A stretch of DNA of 64,000 nt from an uncultured Armatimonadia bacterium. GTDB lineage: Bacteria > Armatimonadota > Zipacnadia > CAVVLO01. Both the position numbers and the translations under genes were made by a program. The notes beneath the pieces were generated by a model that saw only the letters and a program-made list of their open reading frames with translations, was not told where the DNA came from and ran no database searches. Location of the stretch: NCBI GenBank assembly GCA_963749155.1, contig CAVVLO010000005.1:384001-448000 (forward strand), written 5' to 3'. Positions 8,267 through 18,187 of this stretch are shown in pieces. Numbering within the stretch: the first letter of the stretch is position 1; the number at the start of each line of letters is the position of its first letter.

Positions 8267-9569
8267 TCAATTTTCTTGTATTAGTGTACCCACAAGCCAG
8301 TCGTCCTGCACCTCGGATATTTCCACTTCGGCGAGGGCAGGGGGGAAGAAGCCGCAAAGCGCACCGTAAGATAGTTGCCACTGGTGCCCTGCCAGAGGCC
8401 AGGGGAGACTTCTTCCTCGGCGACTACTTCCAGCCGCCGGCCGATCATCCGCTGGAGGAACTGCGCCTGCTTTAGCGGCCAGCGCCTCGCGCAGGGCGCG
8501 CGTGCGGGCTTTCTTCACCTCGGGAGGCACGTCATCCATCCAGGTCGCGGCGAGCGTCCCAGGGCGCTCGGAATAACTGAACACATGCCCGTAGGTCAGC
8601 GGCAGGGCCTCCACCAGATTGAGGGTCGCCTCGAAGTCTTCGTCCGCTCTCGCCCGGCAGGCCAGTGATGAGGTCGGTGCCAAGGCCCACCGCCGGGTCG
8701 TTGAACTTCGCGATGGAGCAAAATTTGATAAACTGCGCGACCGTGTGCGGGCGGCGCATCCGCTCCAGCAACCGCTCGGAGCCACTCTGCAGCGGCATAT
8801 GCAGGTGGGGCGCGATGCGAGGCTCGAAGCCGAGCAGCTCGAAAAGCTCCCCTGAGAGGAACTGCGGCTCCAGCGAGGAGAAACGCAGCCGGAAGCCCTC
8901 TCCAAGTGCGAGCAGTTTCCGCGCGAGCCACGCCAGAGTGCGCCTTGGAGAGTAGCCCTTGCCCCAGTCACCGACATTGACACCGGTCAGGATGAGTTCT
9001 ACGGCGCCTCGTTCGAGCAATACTTCAGCCTCGCGCAGGATTTCTTCCACCTGGCGAGAGCGGCTTGGCCCGCGCGCAAGCGTTATGGCACAGTAGGCGC
9101 AGTCGAAGTCGCAGCCGTCCTGCACTTTGAGGTAGGCCCTGCGGCGGGGCGCCGAGGTGGGGCCCGAGACCACTGCGCCAGGCTGGAAATCGGTCAGTGC
9201 CTGGCGGGGGAGAACGCCCGAGAGGGCTTCTTCCACCAGGGCTACCAGGTGCTGCCGGGCGTCGGTGCCTACGACCAGGCCAACTCCTTCCACCGCGGAG
9301 GCTTGTTCAGGCTGAAGCTGGGAATAGCAACCAGCCAGCACCACGAGGGCTTCCGGATTTAGTCTTGCGGCTCGCCTGGCCAGCTTGCGAGAGTCCGCCT
9401 CGCTTCGGTGGGTGACCGCGCAGGAGTTGACCACATAGACATCGGCGACCTGATCGAAGTCTACGCGCTGGAAGCCCGCCGCCTCGAAGGCGGCCTCGAG
9501 GGCAGAGGTCTCATACTGGTTGAGCTTGCAACCTACGGTGGCGAAGGCGATGCGGCGAGGGTCTGTCAT
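8267..9569 (-). CDS. mtaB: tRNA methylthiotransferase MtaB (radical SAM); frameshifted in this assembly
   Basis: TVGCKLNQYE, VVNSCAVT, LKVQDGCDFDCAYCAI, HMPLQSGS, HVFSYSERPGT motifs; frame breaks near 8650 and 8350-8460. Confidence 0.85.
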
Positions 9570-10420
9570 CGTTGCTTCTCCCTGGGCAGGCGGCGGCGCA
9601 GTCGCTGGCAAAAGGGGCAGATATAGGTGCCTCGACCGGCGACTTTGGTCTTCTCTATCAGGCTCTGGCAGCGCGGGCAGGGTTGCTCTTCCTTCCACAT
9701 CACCTGCAGCTCCTCACCGTAAGCGCCAGGCTGGCCCAGGAGATCGCGAAAATCGCCTGCCACCCCGTGCTGCTCATAAGCGGACTGTAACTGGCTGCGC
9801 AGTGTAGCCACCAGGCTCTCTAGTTCGACTCGCTTGAGGGTATTGGCGGGCTGCCTGGGGTGAAGCTGGCAGGTCCAAAGCGCCTCGGTCGCATAGATAT
9901 TGCCGATTCCGGTAACGATATGCTGGTTCTGCAGCACTTCTTTTATGCCGACGGAACGGCCTCCGATTGCCTTCCACAAGTATTCGGCAGAGAATTCCTC
10001 CGACAACGCTTCAGGACCCGGGTTGAAGGCCTCTATAGCCTCGCGACTCTCCTCGGCTGAAAGGAGTTCGACATACCCAAGCTGGAAGTCCTTAAAGGTG
10101 AGCGTATGGCCATCCTCGAAGCGCAGGCGAGCGACCAGATGGGCGTCGACCTCAGGCCCCTCATCAGCATCAAGCAATACCCGCCCACCGAATTGCAGAT
10201 GCATATGGACAACCTCATCGCGCTCTGCCAGCTGCAGCAACATCAGCTTGCCGAAGTGCTCGATGTGGGCAAAACTGGCGCCCAGCAGCGCCTTACGTAC
10301 CAAGGCTTTTTCGAAATTGGTGGCTTTGGTCTTGCCAAGCTCAATCTCGGTAATAGTCCGGCCTGTGATGTACTGGTTGAGCTGGTCGACCAGCCACTTA
10401 ACTTCGGGTAGTTCGGGCAT
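9566..10420 (-). CDS. mutM: Fpg/Nei-family DNA glycosylase
   Basis: N-terminal PELPEV, H2TH motif GIGNIYATEALW, C-terminal CPRC...CPFCQ zinc finger. Confidence 0.85.
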   Translation of the reverse strand: MPELPEVKWLVDQLNQYITGRTITEIELGKTKATNFEKALVRKALLGASFAHIEHFGKLMLLQLAERDEVVHMHLQFGGRVLLDADEGPEVDAHLVARLRFEDGHTLTFKDFQLGYVELLSAEESREAIEAFNPGPEALSEEFSAEYLWKAIGGRSVGIKEVLQNQHIVTGIGNIYATEALWTCQLHPRQPANTLKRVELESLVATLRSQLQSAYEQHGVAGDFRDLLGQPGAYGEELQVMWKEEQPCPRCQSLIEKTKVAGRGTYICPFCQRLRRRLPREKQR

Positions 10421-10432
10421 CAAGACCTCTAT

Positions 10433-10466
10433 AAAAAAGGCAGGGCCGGTCCGGAGACCGACCCCC
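10433..10466 (-). terminator. Intrinsic terminator after the slipin gene
   Basis: Minus strand GGGGTCGGTC-TCCG-GACCGGCCCT followed by GCCTTTTTT. Confidence 0.6.
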
Positions 10467-10489
10467 TAAGACTTTCAGACAAGCCCTAA

Positions 10490-11272
10490 TTAGCTTTCTT
10501 CGTCGGAGCCGCCCTTCATCGCGCCCAGGACACCGGAGAACTCCTTGAAGCCCCTCAGTATCTCAAGGGGCAGAGGGAAGACGATAGTCGTCGTGTTCTC
10601 GGTCGAGATCTCCGAAAGGGTCTTGAGGTAGCGCAGTTGCAGTGCGCCAGGCTCGGACGACATTATCTTGGCGGCTTCGGTGAGGCGCGTGGAAGCCTCG
10701 AACTCGCCCTCGGCGCCGATGACAATGGCGCGGCGGGTACGTTCGGCCTCGGCCTGGCGGCCTATTGCGCGCTGCATGGTGTCAGGCAAATCTACGTCTT
10801 TCACCTCGACCAGGGTCACCTTGATACCCCAGGGGTCGGTCTGCTCGTCAATTATCTTCTGCAGGCGCTCGTTGACACTTTCGCGATCCGCCAGCAGTTC
10901 GTCCAGCTCAACCTGCCCCAGGACGCTACGCAGGGTCGTCTGGGCTATCTGGCTGGTGGCCAGCAGATAGTTGGCGACCTTGACAATCGCGTTCTCGGGA
11001 TTTAGCACCTGGAAATAGCAGACCGCATTCACCTTTACGGTGATGTTGTCTCGGGTGATGACGTCCTGCTTGGGCACATCAAGGGTGACGATACGCAAGT
11101 CGACCTTAATCATCTTCTCGATGATGGGGATGACGTAAAACAGGCCAGGCCCGCGCGCGCCCACGAGGCGACCGAGGCGGAAGATAACACCGCGCTCATA
11201 CTCGTTCACGATCCTGATTCCACTGATGATGAAGAGCACCACCAGCACGATGAAGGTCCATACAGCTTCCAT
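10490..11272 (-). CDS. SPFH/band-7 (stomatin-like, slipin) protein
   Basis: [42 protein letters not shown]. Confidence 0.95.
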   Translation of the reverse strand: MEAVWTFIVLVVLFIISGIRIVNEYERGVIFRLGRLVGARGPGLFYVIPIIEKMIKVDLRIVTLDVPKQDVITRDNITVKVNAVCYFQVLNPENAIVKVANYLLATSQIAQTTLRSVLGQVELDELLADRESVNERLQKIIDEQTDPWGIKVTLVEVKDVDLPDTMQRAIGRQAEAERTRRAIVIGAEGEFEASTRLTEAAKIMSSEPGALQLRYLKTLSEISTENTTTIVFPLPLEILRGFKEFSGVLGAMKGGSDEES

Positions 11273-11284
11273 CCAGACTCCCTC

Positions 11285-12694
11285 CTATAAAGCCGATGAG
11301 GGCGCTGGGCCCTCTTGGCCTTGCTCGCTTTCTTCGTCAACAGGTTCAACCCAAAACTTGAGCCCTTCCATCCTCACGACTCGGGCGCGTTCGCCGGCGG
11401 GTATGATCGCCTCGCTCACCGAATAAGCAGTCCACAGGGTGCCATCCAGTGCCAGAGTGCCGGGTTCCTCGGCGGTGATAAGCTTGCGTACCTCGCCAAT
11501 GTCGTGGATATAGCCTTCTCGCCCCATAAAGGGTTGCTTCCGCATCGCTTTGATAACCGCCCCAACGGCGAACACGAAGAAGGCCGTGAGCGTGAGCACG
11601 ACAGTAAAGATGACCTCTCGGCCGATGGGATAGGTCGTGCGACTGGGCGAGAGCAACATCATCGAGCCTAAAGCCAGGGCGACCACCCCGCCTGCCGTAA
11701 GCACCCCGTGGGTGGGCATCTTGAGGTCGATTATGAACAGGGCGATGGCCAGCACGATAAGCAGCAGACCGCCCAGATTTACCTCGAGAGCCGAAAGTGC
11801 CGTAAGGCCAAGCAGCAAGCTGATAACGCCCACCACTCCGGCTACAACGCCACCGGGACTTGCCAGCTCGTAGATGATGGCCATTATCCCAATGGTCAAA
11901 AGCAGATAGGCCACATTGGGATCGGCGACCGCATGAAGGAAGTTTTCCTGCGGGGTCATTACATGATCTTCAATAGGCAGGCCTCTGGTTGCCAGGGTTA
12001 CATAGCCGCTGGCAAGCTTAACCTGGCGACCGTCCAGTTTCGTCAGCAACTCGTTGGTGTCGTTGGCGATAAAGTCGCAGATGCCTGATGTCACGGCCTC
12101 GGAGGCGGTCTCAGCGAGGCTCTCCCGGACGATCTTCTCGGCCCATTCCTGGCTGCGGCCGCGTTGCTCGGCGATAGACTTTACGAAGGAGGCGGTGAAG
12201 TTTACTATCTTGTCTTCCATCACCGCGGTATCACCGGGAGCAGTCTCGGGCTGACCGGGCATCCCGCCTGGGGCGATGGAGACCGGATGGGCCGCGCCGA
12301 TGTTGGTGCCCTCTGCCATTGCCACGATGTTGCCGGCGATGGTAATGATAGCGCCAGCCGAGCCTGCGCCGGCGCCAGAGGGGGCGACCCAGCATACAAT
12401 TGGTACCTGGCAGGCGAGCATCTCTTGTACCAGCGATTGTGTACTGGTAAGCAGCCCTCCTGGGGTATCGATTTGCATGATGACGATCTCGGCGCCCGAG
12501 GCCTGAGCCTTCTTCAATCCGGCGATAAGATAATCGGTGAGGAAAGGATCGATGCCACCAGTGATGGAGAGCCTGTAAGCTACTCTTCCAGAGCTGGGCA
12601 TGTCCTGGTAGGTTGGCTGCTGGGCTAAAGCCAGCAGGCAGGAAAGGCCGATAATCAATACCAGGCAAATAAGAACGACTCGCGATTGTCTCAT
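11285..12694 (-). CDS. NfeD-family membrane-bound serine protease (ClpP class)
   Basis: IDTPGG, AGSAG, GTNIGAAHPV motifs, TM block, C-terminal OB-like GTLWTA; adjacent to the slipin gene. Confidence 0.92.
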   Translation of the reverse strand: MRQSRVVLICLVLIIGLSCLLALAQQPTYQDMPSSGRVAYRLSITGGIDPFLTDYLIAGLKKAQASGAEIVIMQIDTPGGLLTSTQSLVQEMLACQVPIVCWVAPSGAGAGSAGAIITIAGNIVAMAEGTNIGAAHPVSIAPGGMPGQPETAPGDTAVMEDKIVNFTASFVKSIAEQRGRSQEWAEKIVRESLAETASEAVTSGICDFIANDTNELLTKLDGRQVKLASGYVTLATRGLPIEDHVMTPQENFLHAVADPNVAYLLLTIGIMAIIYELASPGGVVAGVVGVISLLLGLTALSALEVNLGGLLLIVLAIALFIIDLKMPTHGVLTAGGVVALALGSMMLLSPSRTTYPIGREVIFTVVLTLTAFFVFAVGAVIKAMRKQPFMGREGYIHDIGEVRKLITAEEPGTLALDGTLWTAYSVSEAIIPAGERARVVRMEGLKFWVEPVDEESEQGQEGPAPSSAL

Positions 12695-12766
12695 GGCCGT
12701 TCACCTCCGTGAGGCGCCAAAACCATTATAGCAGAGCCAGGCCTGTGCAATTGTCCTCTCCTCCCT

Positions 12767-12795
12767 TTGAAGGGCAGAGGGGCCAGTGATATAAT
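12767..12795 (+). promoter_or_regulatory. Sigma70-type promoter of gatCAB
   Basis: TTGAAG-N17-TATAAT with TG extension; a divergent TATAAT for nfeD lies at 12725-12730 on the minus strand. Confidence 0.6.
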
Positions 12796-12815
12796 CGCGC
12801 CATCCAGGGGAGGGC

Positions 12816-13112
12816 ATGCCGATGGAGATTACGCTTTCAGAAGTCGAATACGTTGCAAATCTGGCCCGGATGGCGCTGGGCGAGGATGAGAAAGCCAGAC
12901 TGACCGAGGAACTCTCCCGGATCCTGGCCTACGTAGCCAAACTTGACGAGCTGGATACGACAGGCATCCCCCCGATGAAACATACCCTGCAGCGTTCCAC
13001 TCCACTGCGCGCCGACAAAGTCAAGCCTTCGATGCCGCGCGAGGAAGCGCTTGCCAATGCGCCTGACGCGCGTCAGGGCAGTTTCGCCGTCCCCCTTGTT
13101 ATGGAAGAGTAG
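12816..13112 (+). CDS. gatC: Asp/Glu-tRNA amidotransferase subunit C
   Basis: EVEYVANLARM...LRAD...ALANAP...FAVP. Confidence 0.95.
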   Translation: MPMEITLSEVEYVANLARMALGEDEKARLTEELSRILAYVAKLDELDTTGIPPMKHTLQRSTPLRADKVKPSMPREEALANAPDARQGSFAVPLVMEE

Positions 13113-13137
13113 CGCTTATCTCGTTGGAGTGAGTCGA

Positions 13138-14599
13138 GTGGAGTTTTGGGAGTATTCGGGCTACGAGACGCAGCAACTACTGGCCTCAGGCGAGGCCTCG
13201 GCCTCAGAAGTGACTGAAGCGATCCTTGGCCGACTGGTCAGCCTCGAGCCGCAGATAAACAGCTATGTGACAGTGACCTGCGAGACTGCGATGGAGACGG
13301 CCCGTGCCGTGGATGAGGCGCGCGCCGCTGGTGAAGAGCTGCCTCCGCTTGCTGGCGTGCCAATCGCAGTCAAGGATCTGATGTGCACCAAAGGCGTACG
13401 AACGACCTGCAGCAGCAAGATGCTGGAAAACTTCGTGCCCCCCTACGATGCTGAAGTCGTGGCTCGCATCAAGGCCCAGCGGATGCCCATCACGGGCAAG
13501 ACCAACCTCGATGAGTTCGCGATGGGCTCCTCGACTGAAAATTCGGCTTTCTTCTCGACCCATAATCCCTGGAACCTCGACTGCGTGCCAGGCGGCAGCA
13601 GCGGAGGGGCGGCGGCGACCGTCGCTGCGCGTCAGGTGGCGCTGAGCCTCGGCTCGGACACGGGGGGCTCTATCCGCCAGCCCGCGTCCTTCTGCGGGGT
13701 CGTCGGCCTCAAGCCGACCTATGGGCGCGTCTCGCGTTATGGGCTGATAGCTTTCGCCAGCTCGCTGGACCAGATAGGCCCGCTCACCCGGGATGTACGC
13801 GACTCGGCACTGGCGCTCAACCTGATCGCCGGGCACGATGCGAAGGATTCGACTTCGGCCGAGGTGCCGACCGAAAACTGGCTCGAATGCCTGGACAGGC
13901 CCCTCGAAGGGCGCAAGCTGGGCCTTATCAAAGAATTTATGGGCGAGGGGATAGAGCCCGAGATACGCGACCTGGTGCTGGCCGCAGTTCGAACGTTACA
14001 CCGAGCTTGGCGCCGAGGTAGAGGAAGTCTCCTTCCCGCATGCCGAATATGCTCTGGCCACCTACTACATCATCGCACCGGCCGAGGCGAGTTCCAACCT
14101 GGCCCGTTATGACGGGGTGCAATACGGTTACCGCGCCGAGGTAGTGGGGAAGGATTATATCGAGCTGTTCAAGACCACGCGCGGCGAGGGTTTTGGCCCC
14201 GAGGTCAAGCGGCGCATTATGATTGGTACCTACGCGCTGTCGGCCGGTTATTACGACGCCTTTTACGGCAAGGCCCAGCAGGCCAGGACGCTGCTGGCGC
14301 GCGACTTCGACACCTTGTTTGGGAAGTATGACGCGCTGCTTTCGCCAACTTCTCCAACCGTGGCTTTCAAGTTTGGCGAACGCGCTGCCGATCCACTAAA
14401 AATGTATATGTCGGACATCTGCACTATTCCGGTGAATATGGCTGGGCTGCCAGGTATAAGCCTGCCGTGCGGCTTCTCGGAGGGGCTGCCGGTAGGCCTG
14501 CAGCTAATCACGAAGGCCTGGGATGAAGCGAGTCTGCTCAACCTGGCCTGGGCTTATGAGCAGTCCACCGACTGGCACAAGCAATCCCCCGCACTGTAA
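13138..14599 (+). CDS. gatA: Asp/Glu-tRNA amidotransferase subunit A; one frameshift near 13998
   Basis: [45 protein letters not shown]; the second frame continues [12 protein letters not shown]. Confidence 0.95.
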
Positions 14600-14613
14600 C
14601 GGGAGCGCCACCA

Positions 14614-16061
14614 ATGGCTGATGAATACGAAGTCGTAATAGGAATGGAAGTCCACGCGCAGCTGCTTACCAGCTCGAAGTTGTTCTGCGGTTGCTCGACA
14701 GCTTTCGGCGCGGAGCCGAACACGCAGGTCTGTCCTGTCTGCCTCGGCTTCCCTGGGGTGCTGCCCGTGCTGAATGAGCGGGCGGTTGATTTCGTGGTGC
14801 GGACGGGGCTTGCCCTCAACTGCGAGATAGCCGAAGAGAGCATCTTTGCGCGCAAAAATTACTTCTATCCCGACCTGCCGAAGGCTTATCAGATAACCCA
14901 GTATGAGACGCCGCTCTGCCATAAGGGCTATCTCGATATTGAAGTCGAGGGCAGACACCAGGCGCATCGGCATTACGCGGGTTCATCTGGAAGAGGACAC
15001 CGCCCGCACCGCTCATACCGGCGGGGACGCCAGCCTGGTGGACTATAACCGGGGCGGCACCCCTCTGATGGAGATCGTCACCGAGCCGGATATCCGCTCT
15101 GCCGAAGAGGCCCGGGAGTATATCGTCCGGCTGCGGCAGATACTGCGCTACCTGGGCGTCTGCGATGGCAATATGGAAGAAGGCTCTCTGCGCTGCGAGC
15201 CCAATGTAAGTATCAGGCCGGTGGGACAGGTGGAGTTCGGCACCAAGGTTGAGTTGAAGAACCTTAACTCCTTCCGCGCCGTGTACAACGGGCTAAAATA
15301 CGAGGTAGAACGCCAGAGTCGCGCTCTGCGGCGGGGCGAGGCCATCGTGCAGGAGACCCGCCGCTATTTCGAGGAGACCGGCAAGACGGGCGTAATGCGC
15401 AGCAAGGAGAGCGCCCACGATTATCGGTACTTCCCAGAGCCTGACCTGTTGCAACTCAACCTGTCGCCTGAGTCCATCACCGAGCGCAAGCTGCGCGCTG
15501 CCAGAATTGCCCCTGGCGAAGAAGCAGCGCTTCCTGGCCGAACTCGGTCTGTCTGATTATGATGCGACCAACCTGACCGAGGATCGGCGCCTGGCTGGAT
15601 ACTTTGAGGAATGCCTGGCAGCCGGAGCTGATCCGAAAGCTGCCGCCAACTGGTTGATGGGCGATTTCTCGGGCAAGGCCAATGAGGCCGGCATCGCAGT
15701 ATGGGAGTCGAAGGTCAGCCCCGAGGCCCTGGCCGAATTGTTGACTCTCATCGCCGAGGGCATAATCAGCGGCAAGCAGGCCAAGCAGGTCTTCGAGGTG
15801 CAGTTCGAGACGGGCAAATCGCCAAAGGCTATCGTCGAGGAACAGGGCCTCGTGCAGATCTCGGACGATTCGGCCCTCCAGGAACTTGTAAAACAGGTCG
15901 TGGCGGACAATGCCGACTCGCTGGCCCGGTATCTGGCGGGCAATGAGAAGCTGATTGGCTTCTTCGTCGGCCAGGCGATGAAGGCCAGCCAGGGCAAGGC
16001 CAATCCCCAGAAGTTGAACGAACTCTTGAAAGCCGAACTGGAGTCCCATCGGGAGGGCTAA
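14614..16061 (+). CDS. gatB: Asp/Glu-tRNA amidotransferase subunit B; frameshifts near 14950 and 15490
   Basis: [56 protein letters not shown]. Confidence 0.95.
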
Positions 16062-16063
16062 CA

Positions 16064-17356
16064 ATGGAGTATGTTCCGCTGAGCGTCCACGAGGCGCCTG
16101 TCACTCACAAAGCCGACGTGGTTGTGGTCGGTGGAGGACCAGGTGGAGTTGCCGCCGCGCTATCCGCCGCCCAGGCCGGGGCCAGGGTGCTGCTTATCGA
16201 GCAGTACGGGATGCTCGGCGGGATGGCGACGGTCGGCCTCGTGAATCCCTTTATGACCTTCTTCGCGGGCCAGCGACAGATCATCTTCGGCAGCTTCCAG
16301 AAGCTGCTGGACAAGCTCGCGAGCTTCCCCGGGGGCCTTGGCGGACCGAAAGGACCCTGGGCCTTCGATTCGGATGTCTATGCCCGTGCTACTGAAGAGC
16401 TTTGCCAGGAAGCCGGCATCGAGTTGCTCTTCCATAGCTACCTCTGTGATGCAGCGAAAGAGGGCGAAACGCTCAAAGCCGCCATCTATGCGAGCAAATC
16501 GGGCCTTCAGGCAGCGAGCGCCAAAGTCTTCGTGGACGCGACTGGCGATGCCGATCTGGCCGCGCTGGCAGGTTGCCCCTTCGAGCAAGGTCGGCCTGGC
16601 GATGGGCTGACCCAGCCGATGACCTGCTGCTTCGAGATGAGCGGCGTGGATGAAGAACGGATGCCCAGCAAGACCGACATCGATAACGCCTTCAAAGCGG
16701 CGCGCGCGCGCGGCGAGGTCAGCATCCCGCTGGACTGGGGAGTGCTGTATTTCTACACCACGCACCCCGGTCAGGTGCATTTCAACAATACACGCATTGT
16801 GCGGCGGCATGGCACCGACGTGGACGATATGACCTGGGCCGAGGCCGAAGGCCGCAGGCAGGCCTTCGAGCTGGCCGCGTGGATGATTGCCAATATCACA
16901 GGCTTCGAGCAGGCGCATCTCTCGCGCTTGCCGGGGCAGGTAGGGGTACGCGAAAGCCGGCGCATCGTCGGAGATTATACCCTTATCGCCGAGGATGTCA
17001 CTGAAGCGCGCAAGCATCCCGACGCTATCGCCTGCGGCTCGTATATGGTGGACATCCACGACCCGGATGGAGGCGGAGTGGTGCATCAATGGCCCCCTGC
17101 CGGTGACTGGTACGACATCCCTTATCGCTGCCTGCTGCCTCAAGGCGCGCGCAACCTCGTGATTGCGGGAAGGCCTATCTCGTCGACCCATGAGGCCCAT
17201 TCGGCAACGCGCGTTATGCCCATCGCGGCGGCTATCGGTGATGGGGCAGGGGTCGCGGCGGCGCTTGCGGCCGAGGCGGACGGCGATCTGAGAGCGATTG
17301 ACCTCAACAAACTGAGAGAGCAACTCAAAGCTCAGGGCGCTTTCCTGGGCGACTAA
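16064..17356 (+). CDS. FAD-dependent oxidoreductase (FAD_oxidored family)
   Basis: DVVVVGGGPGG, DATGDAD, GVRESRRIVG, YDIPYRCLLP, RVMP. Confidence 0.9.
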   Translation: MEYVPLSVHEAPVTHKADVVVVGGGPGGVAAALSAAQAGARVLLIEQYGMLGGMATVGLVNPFMTFFAGQRQIIFGSFQKLLDKLASFPGGLGGPKGPWAFDSDVYARATEELCQEAGIELLFHSYLCDAAKEGETLKAAIYASKSGLQAASAKVFVDATGDADLAALAGCPFEQGRPGDGLTQPMTCCFEMSGVDEERMPSKTDIDNAFKAARARGEVSIPLDWGVLYFYTTHPGQVHFNNTRIVRRHGTDVDDMTWAEAEGRRQAFELAAWMIANITGFEQAHLSRLPGQVGVRESRRIVGDYTLIAEDVTEARKHPDAIACGSYMVDIHDPDGGGVVHQWPPAGDWYDIPYRCLLPQGARNLVIAGRPISSTHEAHSATRVMPIAAAIGDGAGVAAALAAEADGDLRAIDLNKLREQLKAQGAFLGD

Positions 17357-17373
17357 ACGAAAGAGGTTTCCTA

Positions 17374-18159
17374 ATGGGATTCAGATATGGCGTATGCGCC
17401 GGAGTGGACGCAAGCCCTGCACTTAAAGCAGCCGGCTATGACTATATTGAGCTTGCTGTTGGCACGGTAAAGCCAAAAGAACGTGACTGGGACGGCCTCG
17501 CAACGCTTCGGGCCCAGACAGCCGAGGCAGGCCTTCCTTGTGATGCCTGGAACTGCCTGCTTCCTGGCGAACTCAAGGTCACAGGTCCGGATGTGGATCT
17601 GCAGGCCGTGTCAGATTATATCGATCTGGCTTTTATCCGCATCAGCAAGCTGGGCGGGCGGATAATCGTCTTCGGCAGTGGAGGCGCCAGGCGCATCCCC
17701 GAAGGCTGGCCTCGCGAGGAGGCCGAAGCCCAACTGCGCGCCTTCCTCAGGCTGGCCGCTTCTCACGCCGCCGACCACAACCTGGGCATCGCAATCGAGC
17801 CTCTGCGTTCGGCCGAGAGCAATGTAATCAACACGGTCGCCGAAGGGCTGGAGTATGTCCGCGCCGTGCAATCGTGTCGCGTTCAGGTCTTGATGGATTA
17901 TTACCATCTGGTCGAAGAAGGCGAACCGCTCGAGGTCGTCCACCAGGCGGGCAACTTCCTGGTGCATGTCCACGTAGCGGTGCCAGGCTCTCGGAAGGCG
18001 CCAGGCCTTGAGGAACATGACTTTGTGCCCTTGATGCGCGCTCTGAAGGAGATCGACTATAAAGGGCGAATCTCCATCGAGGGCGGTTGGAACGATTTGG
18101 CCGCCGAAGCCGCCAGGGCGCTCGAGGTGCTGAAGGCCGCCGAACAGGCTGCCTCTTAG
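17374..18159 (+). CDS. Sugar-phosphate isomerase/epimerase (xylose-isomerase-like TIM barrel)
   Basis: GYDYIEL, IVFGSGGAR, IAIEPL, DYYH, HVH, YKGRISIE. Confidence 0.85.
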   Translation: MGFRYGVCAGVDASPALKAAGYDYIELAVGTVKPKERDWDGLATLRAQTAEAGLPCDAWNCLLPGELKVTGPDVDLQAVSDYIDLAFIRISKLGGRIIVFGSGGARRIPEGWPREEAEAQLRAFLRLAASHAADHNLGIAIEPLRSAESNVINTVAEGLEYVRAVQSCRVQVLMDYYHLVEEGEPLEVVHQAGNFLVHVHVAVPGSRKAPGLEEHDFVPLMRALKEIDYKGRISIEGGWNDLAAEAARALEVLKAAEQAAS

Positions 18160-18187
18160 CAGACTCGGCGCGGGTATCGCCCGCCTG

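Noticed and set aside
10490..12694. nfeD-slipin pair as a novel system
   Set aside because: A widespread, well-described gene pair.
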